64,000 nt of DNA from Amoebophrya sp. A120 (Eukaryota > Protista > Dinoflagellata): contig CAJINV010000012.1 of NCBI GenBank assembly GCA_905178155.1, positions 305,271 to 369,270 of the forward strand, in the 5' to 3' direction. Shown piece by piece: positions 47,230-59,976 of the stretch. The position numbers were made by a program, and so were the translations under genes. The stretch's first letter is position 1; every line of letters begins with the position of its first letter. The notes under the pieces are model-generated. The model did not search any database. It saw only the letters and a list, made by a program, of their open reading frames with translations, and had not been told where the DNA came from.

Positions 47230-50200
47230 TTACGTATTCCAAACTCCCCTCATCGCCCGAATCGCGGTCAAAACTAGCTCCAACCTCTGCTTTTCCAAAG
47301 GCACCACTTCTTTATCTACCCACCAATCTTGGTACGCCAAACTACTCGGAAATATCCGCACAAACTCCACCGCGCAAGTTTGGAACAATTCATGCGCCGT
47401 TTGAACCGTATCCACTTCGTCCGCCTCCTGTCGCATTAAAAACATCTGTTCGTAGGAGTAGCGAAACAGCGTTAAAACCACATCCGACCGCTTCGGCGCT
47501 AGGTGCGCGAAGCGGTAGAGCCGGAGATGGTGTGGGCGGTTGGAATTTTCCACTCGGCGGGAATAGAACGCGTTTCCCGCTTGGAAACGGGCGCTGTAAG
47601 AAATTTCGTCGCCAGGGATGGTGATAGCGAGTTTAATATTTCTCCTCGTGGTGGTGGTGGTGGTGGTTTTCGTTTTCCCCAGCTGCAGTGGGGCAAGGTC
47701 TACTTGATGTGCAGCTTCTGCTTCGTCGTGCTTCAACAGAAAGTTTTCCGCGATCAATTCTGCTTTCTCCTTCTCCTGACGATTCAGCTTGGAAAAAACG
47801 GTGGCAAGCGGGAACGGCGGAGGACTCGCGACTTCTTCGCGGGTCAACACGTAAGTTCTTTCTGCGGGAGATGTTCTTGGCCTTCCTCTTATAGGTTCTG
47901 CTTGCTTTGTTAGAATCTTGTTCCTGTTCATCTCGACTTCCACAAAAGAATCCGCATTCCCGATGTTCTCCAGCACCCTCGCAAGGAATTTCAGGGTGAA
48001 TTCCCTATCCTCCCTCAGTTTCCGATGTAGCCGTAGAAACGGCATCTGCTCCTGCGCGAAATCTGAGCTCGTAAACTGCCGCACGGAGCCGTGCTGGTAG
48101 GAAAATTTGAAGTACTTATCTAATTTTACTTCGTGCGGGACGAATTTTTCCCGTTTCGTGTTGTGGAAAACCAAAAACATCGTCGGGTGGCGGGATAAAA
48201 GGTGCTCGAAGAAGATCTCGATTTCGCGTCCCGTGTCGTGGTGGAAATCTGTTTCTGCGTATAGAAGTTCTTGTTGTTGTAAGGGGTTTTTTTGTATTTG
48301 GATTTGTAGTTGCTGTTGCTGTTCATTATAACCAGAAACAAATGAAGGTGACCCGGCGTCTTCCTCGAGTTGCTGTATCAATTCCAACTCCCCAACATCG
48401 ACCTCCGCCACCGCGGAAAGGGAGTTTGTCTTGCGCATCGGCTTCAAACTCGGCGAGCAGCACGGCGTCACCGGGGCGGACGCGGAACCGTTGCTCATGC
48501 TGGCGCCCGCCAGAGTTGTACTTGAAGGGGAAGATGAAGTTGTGCTGCCCGAAGAGATCTGCCTCGCAAATATGTCTGGGTCTGGAAGGATCTAACTTGT
48601 CATGCTGCATTTGCATACGACAAAAATCTGTATTGCATGAACAGCAAAAGAGGCCCTGTTTTTGCCACGGCAAGAGGGCACTTCTCATGCGGTATAGGCA
48701 TCAGGAAGCCCACCTCGCAAAATCGGTGATGCTAGGGCATGCATCACAGACGTCAGGAGTCATGCAAAATGAGCATGACAAACCTTGCATCACCTTCCAG
48801 ACCCAGACATTTTTCCATTTGATAAGAGAAGACCGTGCTGCTCCTCCTCAACAACCTTGTCGTTCGCGCCCGCTCGTAGGCAGTCGGCTGCCTGTTCCGC
48901 TTCTTGCTGCCCGTATGAACTGCAAAAGTATCGTATTCGTATGAATGCATTACAAATTTCCCTATATTGCGGATTTGCCTTGGAAACAAGATTTGTGATG
49001 CAAGACTTGCATTTGTACGAGTACGATACTTTTGCACAGGATAGCCCGGCTGTGGTGCTGAAATGACGCTAGTATGTGTATGTGCAGGGTATTCATCCTC
49101 GTCCACCATTTCTGGCATGTCCGGGGAAAAGATGTCCCGGAAAAGTTGTATGTCCTCTTTATCCACTGCGCTGGTAACAGGGTCCTCGAAGATGTGATTG
49201 TCAACGGCAGATGAGCCGGATGCTCTAGTACTGCCTAGAGGACCTCCTGCAGAAAAGGATAAGGAGCCGGCGTTTGATATTGATGTTCTGGAGCTAGTCC
49301 TAGTAGTAGTAGCACCTCCTCCGGTGCCGCCGGCCGAAAAGGATGAACCACCTTGCTGTAGTCCTCGTCCATCATTGATAGTATCCCATGGTGGTCCTCC
49401 ACCGCCCTGCACGCTCGTCCCCCCAGCCGCCTTGATTTTGTTCCCGCAGAGCACGGAAACGTATTCTTCTGCTTCCGTACCATCCAGATACACTCCCTCG
49501 TTTTTGTTTCTCGCCAACCCATCTGCGACTGCAAGGAGGAGCTGTGCGCCGAAGGAGATGGTGGGAAGTAGTTGATGTTGGGGAGTGCTGGTGCTTTGTC
49601 GTGGTTCTGGTTCTCTCTCCGATGCTCCACGTCTTCCGACGTAGCCCGACACCGGTGTTCTGAACTTGTTCAATATGGGGTTCTCAAGCGTTACATTCTC
49701 AGCTGTTGCATGAATTTGTCATGCAAAAACACCTTCACCATCCTCACGATCAAGCTGCTCCGCATGACAAATTTGCGAAGGGCTAAGCCGCGCCTAAATC
49801 TGCGCCGAACTTGTAACGCAAAAGGCGCAATCTTCCTCCTTCCACTTTTGCCAGTCTTGCATTACAAATTCATGTAACATTTGAGAACTCCATATTCAAA
49901 ACCAGATATTTCGGCACCTGCCGGAAGAAGGCCCAGGGACCGAGATCTGCGCGCGACCGAAGTTGGTCGTACTGCGCCGGATGTAGTGTCGTTCTCTGCG
50001 CTTTTTCGTGATAAAGCATTTCCTCCGCGAGAAAGACTGCGAGGGAGCCGGTCGCTTGTTCCAGTCTGTTTATTATCCCTCCGCGAGCTGTTCTAGAAGT
50101 TGAAAATAGCTTCTGGGCCCCCGTCTTTCCACCTTGATATCCTATTTGCTTCGCACCATTCGCGGCTACAAGAACAGTCGGGGTTTGTATCGCTTTCAGC

Positions 50201-51735
50201 GCGAAGGATTTTTCCAAAACCATTCGCCTCAGCACTTTCAAGTCCTTGTCCTGCACCCTCTCCTGTTTGATCTTCCCCTCAATCAGTTCCAAAGCTGCGA
50301 GTCGGACTTTTTCCAAAGACTCAATACACCGAAAATTCAAGGTTTCCGTCACAAGGTTGTCATCCAGGGCGAGGAGATTCGTACTCGAGGGAGATCGGGT
50401 AGCAGTGATGCTGCTCGCATCTTCTGCTGTGCCACGCCCCGCCGTCGTCCTAGGAACAATTGCAGTCCACGCAGGCGTCTTACTTAGCGTGGAAAGTAAC
50501 CTACCTGCCGGTACTCTTCGCCCCCTGGCCGCGTAGTTGAAGAGAAGATCTAAAGCGAGCACCTGTTCGTCTGTTTCCTCCTCTAGGCGCAAGGTTGAAT
50601 TTGCTTTCGAAGCTTCTGGCGGGGTCGTGTAATGCTGCATCACAACGTCAACATCGTCAGCAGCAGAGCCGGCCGCTCCTACACGGGCAGATGCCGCTGG
50701 CTTCAGCGGTTCCGGCGTAGTGGGTGCGATAGAAGTCGCAGCCCGCGTGCTTGCTGTGTCACTTAAGGAGTCCTGCGACATCATCATCTGCTGGTCTTGT
50801 TCGAAAAAATCAAAGCCGAGGATGCCTTTATTGTGCAGCTTGTCGCGGTCAGCAGAACTGGTTTTCCATCCCGGCACCAAATTTCCGCTCCTACTACTAT
50901 CTCTCAAAGCTTCATCCACTTCGCGATGAAATGTGCGACAATTATCCGGCGATTTCCCATAAGCCTCCGCGTGGTCCTGCGCACCGCCTAAACTCAGCCA
51001 CCGGTCGCTTGCCTGTGCTTGAAACACCCCGAGAGCGGAGTTTTCCTCCACCAGCCATCGTGGGAGGGTCCAGGTTTTCAACGGAGTGCTAACAAGGTCC
51101 TGCTGCTGCACTCCGGTCGCGGTCGTTGAACCACCAGCAGGAAGTTTCTGCAGCTGTTCCGCACTGTACGCTTCGATGGTGAGTCTGTTGTCGTCATGTA
51201 AAAGTGGAGGTGCTTCCTCGTTAAAATCAGGATTTAAGTGGGCTTGTTGCGGCTCCGGCTGCTGGGAATGAATATGTTCTTGATGTAACTCTGTCCGATC
51301 GGTTGCTGTTGAAGAACTGAATGCGCCTCCGAGCTGGAAATCCGGGATAGGGTCGTCCTCGTCCACGACCGTGGCTGAAGTGCCCCCTCTTCTGCGCTGG
51401 TGGGAAAATAAATGATCCTGTTCCTGCTCACCCAGAACTATATTAACGTCGGGGAAAGACGACCAAAGTCGGTGGTCTTCGTCCCGAAGCGCAGCGTCGG
51501 TAAATGTTTCTGCCTCATCCGATGGGGGTTGGAAGAGGACTGGCCTAACTGATTTTACGACTGGCGTTAAGTCGTGGAGTTGTACCGTTGCTATGCCAAT
51601 GAAAAGCTTCAGGAGAGGACGTCGGCGGGACAGCACTCCTGCGCTAGTAGGTGATTGTGGTTGATGGTTTGTCATCATGTTCTTGACGCCGGATGTTGTG
51701 AGCCGCTGCTGCCCGCCCCGCCCGTAGAGTTCCAT
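47230..51735 (-). CDS. Hypothetical ~1290-aa protein; tandem paralogue of 40256-44258
   Basis: ORFs 49870-51735, 48753-49673 and 47230-48498 join in frame (3873 nt) after removing three TIR elements +5 nt. Conserved blocks are shared with the paralogue. Confidence 0.75.
48558..48824. mobile_element. Introner, A family
   Basis: Perfect flanks AGAGA; one end reads TCT; colinear with 28230-28491. Confidence 0.88.
48914..49043. mobile_element. Introner, C family (frame-preserving, 135 nt removed)
   Basis: Perfect flanks GCCCG; ~28-bp TIR. Confidence 0.88.
49674..49894. mobile_element. Introner, F family
   Basis: Perfect flanks TTCAA; TIR TATGG.GTTCTCAA..GTTACAT. Confidence 0.88.
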
Positions 51736-52579
51736 TGCTCTTGTTCCTGTGAAGAAAGAGGCGATTTCCTACAGGAGGTGCAGATCCTCGCAATACTGCG
51801 GAACAAATTACAAAATCAATATATTGAAGGTCCGGTGCAAAAATCAAAATGCAGTGGAAAAAATACTATAGTGAATGCAAAAAAAAGCGCACGAGAAAGA
51901 TTGATGTAAGTGTGCTTCGGCCAAAAGGTCAATATTGCTGTAGTTCCTTGTCGTGCATAATAGCTTAGTGTTAGATGATACTAGACCAGGTCTGGCTTTC
52001 AACAAGAACCTGCTCATGCTTGGATTAGGATACGAAATAGAACCAGACAGGCGACACATGGAAAGAAAAATTACCATCTATGACAGAAAGGAAAACTGAA
52101 CCAGATCGTTTTTGCAAGTATGCTACTAAAACTTGTAGTTCTTTCAACCACCACAGGTAGGAAAGCAATACATCGTTCGGATCGTTTCTTTTTCTTTCCG
52201 AAGCTATTCTCAAGTTTGCGAGAGCATGTGGTCGTGAACAACATCGGTGTCAGAACACTTCTTCGCAGCTGCACCACAAAGTCGCACATGATCCGACGGC
52301 TTGATTACTAGGCCATCGTGTTTCATCTTGCTCAGGTAGCAACACCTTTATATACTCGTCGTTATTTTTTGAATTTCTTCGAAATTGCGTCACAAGCCAT
52401 TTCCTGTCTCTCAACATGCGCACAGAGGATGCTCCTGTACGACGTCCAACGAGAACAACCTGAACCCAAGCTCACATCGCCCGCGTCTTGGTTGTTCAAC
52501 ATCCTTCTTGTAAAACCGCATGAGAAATCGTGGCCTGTCCTCGCGTTGTTGTAAAGCATCAAATGCAGCTTGTGCTCCA

Positions 52580-54836
52580 CTACAGTTCCCCACATTCCGT
52601 AACAATTACGTTCAACCGTGGTCCGTGTGCCGTGTATGCTGTGCAAAAGTATCGTACTCGTACTAATCGCATTTATGCATTACAAATTTTTTTGTCAGGT
52701 TAAATCCGCATTTCCATTTGTCATGCTGGCCGAATTTGTAATGCGATTTCTACTAGTACGATGCTTTTGCAATGCATAACGTGCCGACCGCGACGTTTTC
52801 TATCTTCCTCACGACGTGCATGCTGCTCTGGTCCAGCACCTTCCCGAACACCACATGCTTCCCGTCCAGCCAGTCGCACTATGAAAGTGCACAACTCCCC
52901 CTCCCCCTCATATGTCATGCAAAATACCCAATCCGCCCTTTGTATCTTGGCACTCTTTGCACGACAAGTTCTGCTAGCCCAAATAGCACTACACTCCAGT
53001 GCAAGTTTGTCATGCAAAATCGGCACTCTTGCTGATGCTTGTATTGCCGTTAATGCAATACAAATGAGGGGGATGGGGAGCTGTGCACTGTCATACGCAC
53101 TTGTTACAGGTGAGAAAAAACTGGCACCCGTTGGTGTTGGGCCCACTATTTGCCATGCAGAGCAGGTATGCATTGCAAATATGTCTGGGTCTGGAAAAGT
53201 GGAACTTGTATTGCGTGTCGAGGATTGCAGAAAAATCTGTATTGCATAAAAGCAACAAAAGCGCCACAATTTCGTGATGAAAAAACGCAGTTTGTAATGC
53301 GAACTAAGGATGAGAAAGCGTCTGAAAAATTTGTTATGCTACACTGCTCTTACAGGCGCAGTCACTCATGACCATTCAGCATCACAAATTTCCAGACGCA
53401 GACATATTTGCATTTGATAGCAGGCCCGCCTGGTCGTGTCGCAGGGTGAAGTTTTCGTCCGGAAATTTTTCGCCGAAAATTGACAAAGACCCGGTGCCGT
53501 CGCCCTTCACGAAGTCACCGCCTTGGATCTGTTGTGGGTTTTTGGAGTCTGCTGTAATGGGGTGACTAAGTAGGGTTTATTTTTCTTTCACACGACACGA
53601 CAGGGACACTACGTTCGTGCTGCCGCTTGGTAGTACTTTCTCAGAGCCACCATGTTCAGGCGGCTCTCCTAGGCGGTCCTTATCGAATCGACGGAGCACA
53701 CGGCCCCGTCGTGAGAGCTGGCTCCTGAGGAAGCGAAAGGTAGACCAGAACCAGAGGGGGAGATCATCTCGAGTGGCGTTTGAGGGTCCGATCCGCGAAA
53801 TTTCAAAATTTCATTTTTATCGCGGACAAAAATCCGCGAATTTTCAAAATTTTGTTTTTATGACGCAGTGGAGGACGACGTTGTCTCTTTATCGTGGTTC
53901 GGACAGGGATTATCTGAACATGAGGTGTGTTTTCGCCTTATCACACTTCAAATTTGGTAAATTTCTGGTCAATTTTCAAAATTTTATTTTTATTGGCCTC
54001 ACTTTTGTGAGTCGATTTGCTTGTATGAGCTGTAGTTGCTTTAGCAAACACGTACCGGCAGTTTTGCAGTTGATGACATCTTGATTTTTGCTTTAGAATT
54101 TGAAATCGCGAAAATTTAAAATTTTATTTTTATCGTGGACGCGAATCCGCGAAATTTTAAAATTTTATTTTTATTGAGGTCGAAAAGTCGTCTGCTTCTC
54201 TTGCATGCTCCAGCGTTCAGCCTATGTCCTGTATTGAGTAGACCATCACAGAACGAAAATTGCTTTCGCCTCCCACCCGCCCCTGAATCAACCTTTTACT
54301 GTCCTCCACCAGGTCCATGATACTTTTCGACTAGTACCAGGACACAACAAGTCAAATACTTGCTACTCACCATACCATGCTGCATAACGCTATCTAGCAC
54401 GGTGTGCTAGCCACAATCCGCATCAGCAATCATACCATGGGGAATGACATTATGCAGCATGGTATACCCAGAGCCTAATTCCAACAGGTTTCTACTCCTC
54501 ACACGCCATGGCAACAGCGTGGTGTCATCGTATACAAACTACCATCACGACATACGATCTACTCTCGTGGTATCAAGATCTACCTAAAGGTGCATCAAGT
54601 AGTTAGTTCTATACCATGAAATCCTTGATGACTCGGTGAAAGATGCAGTTTTTGTAGCCAATCGGCACTCGGTTCAGCTTAAACTCCCCTGTGCACAGCT
54701 GTCGGAAGTTTTCCGCCGTTTTTGGTGCGACGTCGCGGTAGAGTTCCATTTTTATTCTCCCGATGGCGTGGCCGCCGACGCCAATGTCCAGAAATACCAC
54801 CGGGTTCTCCGGGTGCCGAAGAGGCTTGTTCTCCAT
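52580..54836 (-). CDS. PPIH: Cyclophilin-type peptidyl-prolyl isomerase, most like spliceosomal cyclophilin H, 180 aa, 5 exons
   Basis: One GT-AG intron (53529-54614) and three TIR introns. The 543-nt spliced CDS reads [42 protein letters not shown]...[22 protein letters not shown]...[48 protein letters not shown]...VIVTECGEL*. The segments [16 protein letters not shown] and [17 protein letters not shown] are typical of PPIH. Confidence 0.92.
52635..52778. mobile_element. Introner, C family (cyclophilin intron 4)
   Basis: Flanks CCGTG/ACGTG; restores the C-terminus. Confidence 0.9.
52880..53095. mobile_element. Introner, B family (cyclophilin intron 3)
   Basis: Perfect flanks CGCAC; ~40-bp TIR; joins TCNKC to DWLDGKH. 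Confidence 0.92.
53167..53419. mobile_element. Introner, A family (cyclophilin intron 2)
   Basis: Perfect flanks GCAGG; 30-bp TIR; joins AGLL to CMANSG. Confidence 0.92.
53790..54180. repeat. AT-rich interspersed repeat (CGCGAAATTTT.AAAATTTTATTTTTAT) in cyclophilin intron 1
   Basis: About 5 imperfect copies at ~53793, 53834, 53970, 54106, 54147. Confidence 0.7.
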
Positions 54837-55761
54837 TTTTTGTGATACGTGGTCGTACTAGACAGAGTGAAAAATGCCTCGTAGGCAGTTTGTAAATTAC
54901 GATGTAGAAATACTTAGATGTGCTCACAAGAGGAGCGGATTGTTTGATAAAGATGTTTTATCTGAACAAGTACGAGCACTACAAGAACTATTTTCACGTC
55001 TATTCCACCAACGTCGCTGCGCAGAGAGTAATCGGTCAACAGTTTGGAAAAACATGTTTTTCGACAGGAACGAGAGAAGCAGAAAAAAGTAGAAAATTTT
55101 CCCAAAATATGATCCTTATTTGAGCCACAAAAAGTAGCCGGTGATTTGACCAGTGCAGGTGCAATGCGCCACAAGAGGCAATTTAGCAGTACTGAATACT
55201 TGGATCCAATCTCATGCGGGAAAAACAATTTCGTCTTCTATGACTGTTTCATTTCCTTCGGATTTGATCATTTCTTACTCTTTCCACGTCGGATGAAGAT
55301 CTTTGCCTTTGGCTATCTCATTCCTCTTCACATTTCCGTTGAAACAACTCGCTTCGATGTGATTGTGAGTCTAGGCACAGCTACGCTCGTCAGCGACTGT
55401 GACTAGAAAGAGAGAGGAGCTTCTTGCGCTTGTCACCTTCCTGCTTCAGACAATCCTCTAGAATTTCATGATACAAATATCGCGGTGAATAAAGTTCGCG
55501 TGTCAGCTTTGCTTTTGTTGAAGCTGAAATAGAAAGGGATTTGATTCCGATTGGCGGAATGTGGCCTATAGCATGAGCTCAGCATGAGCTTGATTCCAAT
55601 AGGATTGATGAGTGAAAAAAGCCTCGCAGAATTTCGCTTTTTGCGCCCTCTGCGCCGTGCTCCTACTGTTCCATGTTCTGTCTCGGCAGGAGCATAAATT
55701 TACTGTTTTTCCACGCCTTTATTAATCTCGTTGTCTTCCGCGTTCAACATAACAGCGCGGC

Positions 55762-58329
55762 TTACTTTGTTGCAGTCGTCTTTGAGTCATTTTTTGTCTT
55801 CTTGCTGCTTCGCTGAGGCAAAGGTCGTAGCGTGACTAGTTCAGCATCAGCTGGTTTCTTCAGATCCCATCCCTTGTTGCTGAGGAGATTTTCGACGGCT
55901 CCAATAATGGGCGCTTGCTTGAGGATGCCTTCCATATCGGGTTCCCAGTGTAAATTTTTCAGTGTGTAAAGCAGGAAAGCAAGAGGTCCACCATGGTCGT
56001 GCAACACTCGGAAGGGGAAGGGCCCTTTGCTGTAGCGATGGCCATCATCATCTAGTGTGATGTACTTTTTCCAGCACATTTCTCCATGCTTCCACGCCGT
56101 TGATTTGTTCGTCTCGTATAACACTTTCAAAAACGTCATTAGCATCCCAAAATGCGCTGTCGCGGCGTTGTAGTCTGCTCGAGCGCTTGCCTGACGACAT
56201 TCCTCTTCCTCTAGCGAGGGACAACGCTTCGCGTGCTTGATTCCTGCGTCCAAAAAGCGCTCCGCGATCCGGCGAGCGGTGCGGGTCTCATCCGCGAAGA
56301 CACCACTCGACCCGCGAATGAGTTCAATTAGAAATAGTAGACGCTCCCACATGTACCTTCTTGACCAGATGAGCTTCGAATCGTCACCAGACGGATTACC
56401 TCCACAATCCTTGACCTCCTGTTCGAACGTCATGAAACCGAACCCAATCTCGCCTTTCCCTTCAATGTCCTCCTCAAAAAAACTGTTTTCAAAGTCCTCC
56501 TGTACAAGCCTTTTCCTCTCGTTGAGCCAGCGGCGCAGCCTGCAGGACAGCTGGACATAAATCAGCTCGTTCCGTAGAACGCCCTCGTCGTGGCATCGCC
56601 TTTTATTCCTGATCACCCTCTTGCTGCCCTCCCAAATCAATCGGCTCAACTTCGGATAAAAAATACCTGCGATATGAATCGTTTTTCGAGAAAAAGGACG
56701 CAGTTCGAACACCATCCGCTGCAACTTCGGTCCAGAAATGCCACACGTTTCACTGACTGCTCAGGCGGACTAGTTTGATGAAAAAAACGTGCACGTAGTA
56801 AAAGTAAAGCAGATACTTGGTGGTGTATTGTCCGCCGGCTTCTCGAGGATCCCGAAGAACCACTTGCATTCCGACTCGAACAAAGGCGCGCTCATCGTCG
56901 GGACCGCAAAAAACCAACTTCTTATCGCTTCTTCCCAATCGAGACCGTTTTCCTTTTCGCTTTCGTAGCAAAGAGATAGCTGAAGTTGTGCCGGTAGTAA
57001 GCCATTGCTATTGCAGAAGCCCACCCAGGCCCTGTCTCTTTTCTCGAGTGCGAGTTGCGTCGTCTCCCGCTGAGGTTGTTCAGCAGCGTGTAGGTCGGCG
57101 GCAAGCTTCTCACTTTTCTCGCACACCTGCAGATTCTCCGCCTCCAGTTCCTTGACCCTTGTTTCTAACTTCTTTTTGGCTTGTTCCACCTGCGCCAAGC
57201 GCCAGACGCCCTTGCTACCTCCTTCCTTCTCCGTGCTGGGAGCGACCTTGGCCTCGCGAAGCTCTTCCTCCACAGAAGCTAATTTCGAAGTCAGCGTCTT
57301 TAAAAGACGCTCCGAAACCTTAGCCTGTTGCTTCACTGTGGCCAAATCTCGTCGCAGAGCGTCCGCTGTCGTTTGCGCCGTTTTTTCGTTCGCAGCCATT
57401 TCTCTCCTCAAAGTTGCACTTTCGTGCGAGGATTTGAAGCTCTTTTGCAGCCGCTCGTCGCTTTCTTTCTGTACTTTTTCCACCGTCGATCGCAACTCGG
57501 CTATCGTGTTTTCCAGGTCGGTGATTTTGTGCTGCTTTTGCTGCAGCTCTAGAGCTTGGGATTGGCATAGACTTTGCAGGGCCTGTAAGCCTTGGCTTTG
57601 TTGATGTGCCCTTGAAGCGGTACAACTGGGCACGAAAAGATGTCCAGCTTGTCCTCCATCCCGCGTCATTTCCCGCGCCGCGGTAGGCACAGGAGGTGGT
57701 ACTTGTGCCGCACTGGTTGCGCCCTTTCCAATATGAGCATCTTCGTTTTCGGAAGAAGAATTGCCCCAGGTTCGATCACCCCACGAAATCTCCTGGTACT
57801 GAACGCCATCCGAAAAGTCTCCTGAAGATGATCCCTCTTCCGGCTTAGCGGTGAAGCTTCGGAAGGTCTGCTTCCCAGCAACGTAGTGCTGCAAAGAGGT
57901 GTTTTGCTGCTGGCCACCGGTTTTCGGTTCAGCATGCGTGTGGTGGTGAAAGTGCATGTTGTATTGAAAGACTACATGCTGCGGTGGTGGCAGGTCGTCG
58001 GGTAAAGGAGTTCCAGAGGCGTGAGAACCACGTTGCGTTGCGCGAGGACCACGACCTGTCCTATATGCAGGACTGCCTCCCACGTCGCCGCCGTCCTGAT
58101 AAACGCTGCCTTGTTGAGGTCTCGGTTTTTTATCTCCCTCACACTCGGCATCTACTGCCCACTCGAACTCACCTTCCACGGCCATTTCCATTTTGTCGGC
58201 CAAAGCCGCGTTATCTTTTTCCTGTCCTGTGCGCGAAACTTCAACTTCCTCCTTGCGTCGTGGCACAGCTGCTCCTATCTCTTCCGGCTGCAAAAGCGCC
58301 AGGCTTGAATCCGAGAGTGTTGTCTCCAT
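55762..58329 (-). CDS. Hypothetical ~835-aa protein with central coiled coil
   Basis: ORFs 56770-58329 and 55762-56724 are joined in frame by a 60-nt GT-AG intron (56757-56816). Heptad-rich K/E/Q/L segment at ~57050-57600. Confidence 0.65.
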
Positions 58330-59976
58330 TTTTATATGACCTTTAACCTCGAAAATGATTTCACCACCCGTTTTTATTTGCAGTTCGACGCCAACGAGAC
58401 AAAAAAAACTGATATGGAGGAGTCAGAATATCTCTTCTAGTTTGTTTAACATCACGATATGATGTGTTGACGCGAACTCGAAAAAATTTAACGACCTGCT
58501 CCTGTACAAGAAGTTTAAGTTTTGGTGCAAGCAATAATCGCTGCCTGAACAGCGCGACAGGCAGGAGGAGAAGAAGAAGAAAATTAAAGATTAGACAAGA
58601 TCATTTTCATCAAGCCTGTTCGTGATGGTGGTCAGGCTTCATTCTTGGGCGTCAATAGCCAAGTGCTGATCCAAGGGAGGGTGATGGACAACATGAAAGT
58701 TCTGCTCTCCCCAAAACATCATTCAACAGTTCTTCCTTATGTAGATCCACGCAGCTGCAGGGGAAGCGGGCCTGAGCACTGAAACTTCAACTCAAGCAGT
58801 ACCGCCTCCAACTGGGTATCGTACGCGAAAGGAAAGTTCTTCATGTTCATGCTCTTCTACTGGTGATACAGATACTTGTGATGAAACTTAATCTTATTCT
58901 GCCTATAATCTTAATCAGCTCAACATGCTCAACGAAAACACTTTCGCGAAGATTTTCAGAAACAGAAATTCCAGTCAACTGCTATGCATTCCTCACTGAA
59001 GGAAGCGGAAAGATACTTTTGAATACCATAAAGAACTGAGATAGAAATATTGCGCCAAATAAGTAGAAATGTCTTTTCCGGCTACGTAACACTACAGCAC
59101 GGAAAGCCGGCATGCTGGAAAGATGCATATGTAAATAACATACTTCTGATCCTGATGCTTAAATTTACTTTCACTTATGATCTGACATCCACGTGGAAAA
59201 TGGATACTGCTCCTCCGCCCCGTGCATCAACGTCGAGTGACTACAAATTCGCTGCTATTTCATCAGGTCTTGGGAGCGAAAGACACTACTAGACTCCATC
59301 ATCCGTCAACGTCCTTCTCAAGCTTCGCGTCGGCGACGCTCCACGACCGTGGTATCCCATTCTTCGCGCTTTCCGTACCTCACCTCCGCCCGGCGTCGTC
59401 GCTCCTGATCGTTCGGATCAGCTCCCTCCGTGGCGTTTGTCAGTTCCCAAAGCTCCGTAAGCCTCTCTAACGTTTTCTCATCCGGAATCGGAAAATGCTT
59501 TTTCTTCAAAACCGCCTTCAAAGTTCCTTATGGCGGAAAAATCTCTCTGGAGTCAAGGTCAATCGACCTACTTTTTTGTATTTTTAATGTGGTTGATCCA
59601 CCAATAAAGGCAAAGCACGAGGCTGGCCATCATGCAATCCCAGCCTAAGAATGCTCGCGCTACTAGGTGCTTAGTTGCAACAAGAAGAGCTTTGACATGA
59701 TGGCCAAAGAAATCTACGTATATATTTTTGAGAAAATGCATCACAACCTCGAAATTTCAGTTGACTCGCGATTTTTTCCCATAGGAGTCCTTCAAATTTG
59801 GAGGCCTTGTTCAGTAGCTCTTCCACGACGAGCGGTCTTTTCGGCATCTATATGGAGACCTCAGTTGGGAATTTGTCAAAATGGAAATCCATTTGCCCAG
59901 TCTCGGGCAAAAGCGCGTCGGAGACAAATTATGTTTCCTTCACAGCATGCAGCTTAAGCTTATATATGTACGGAGG

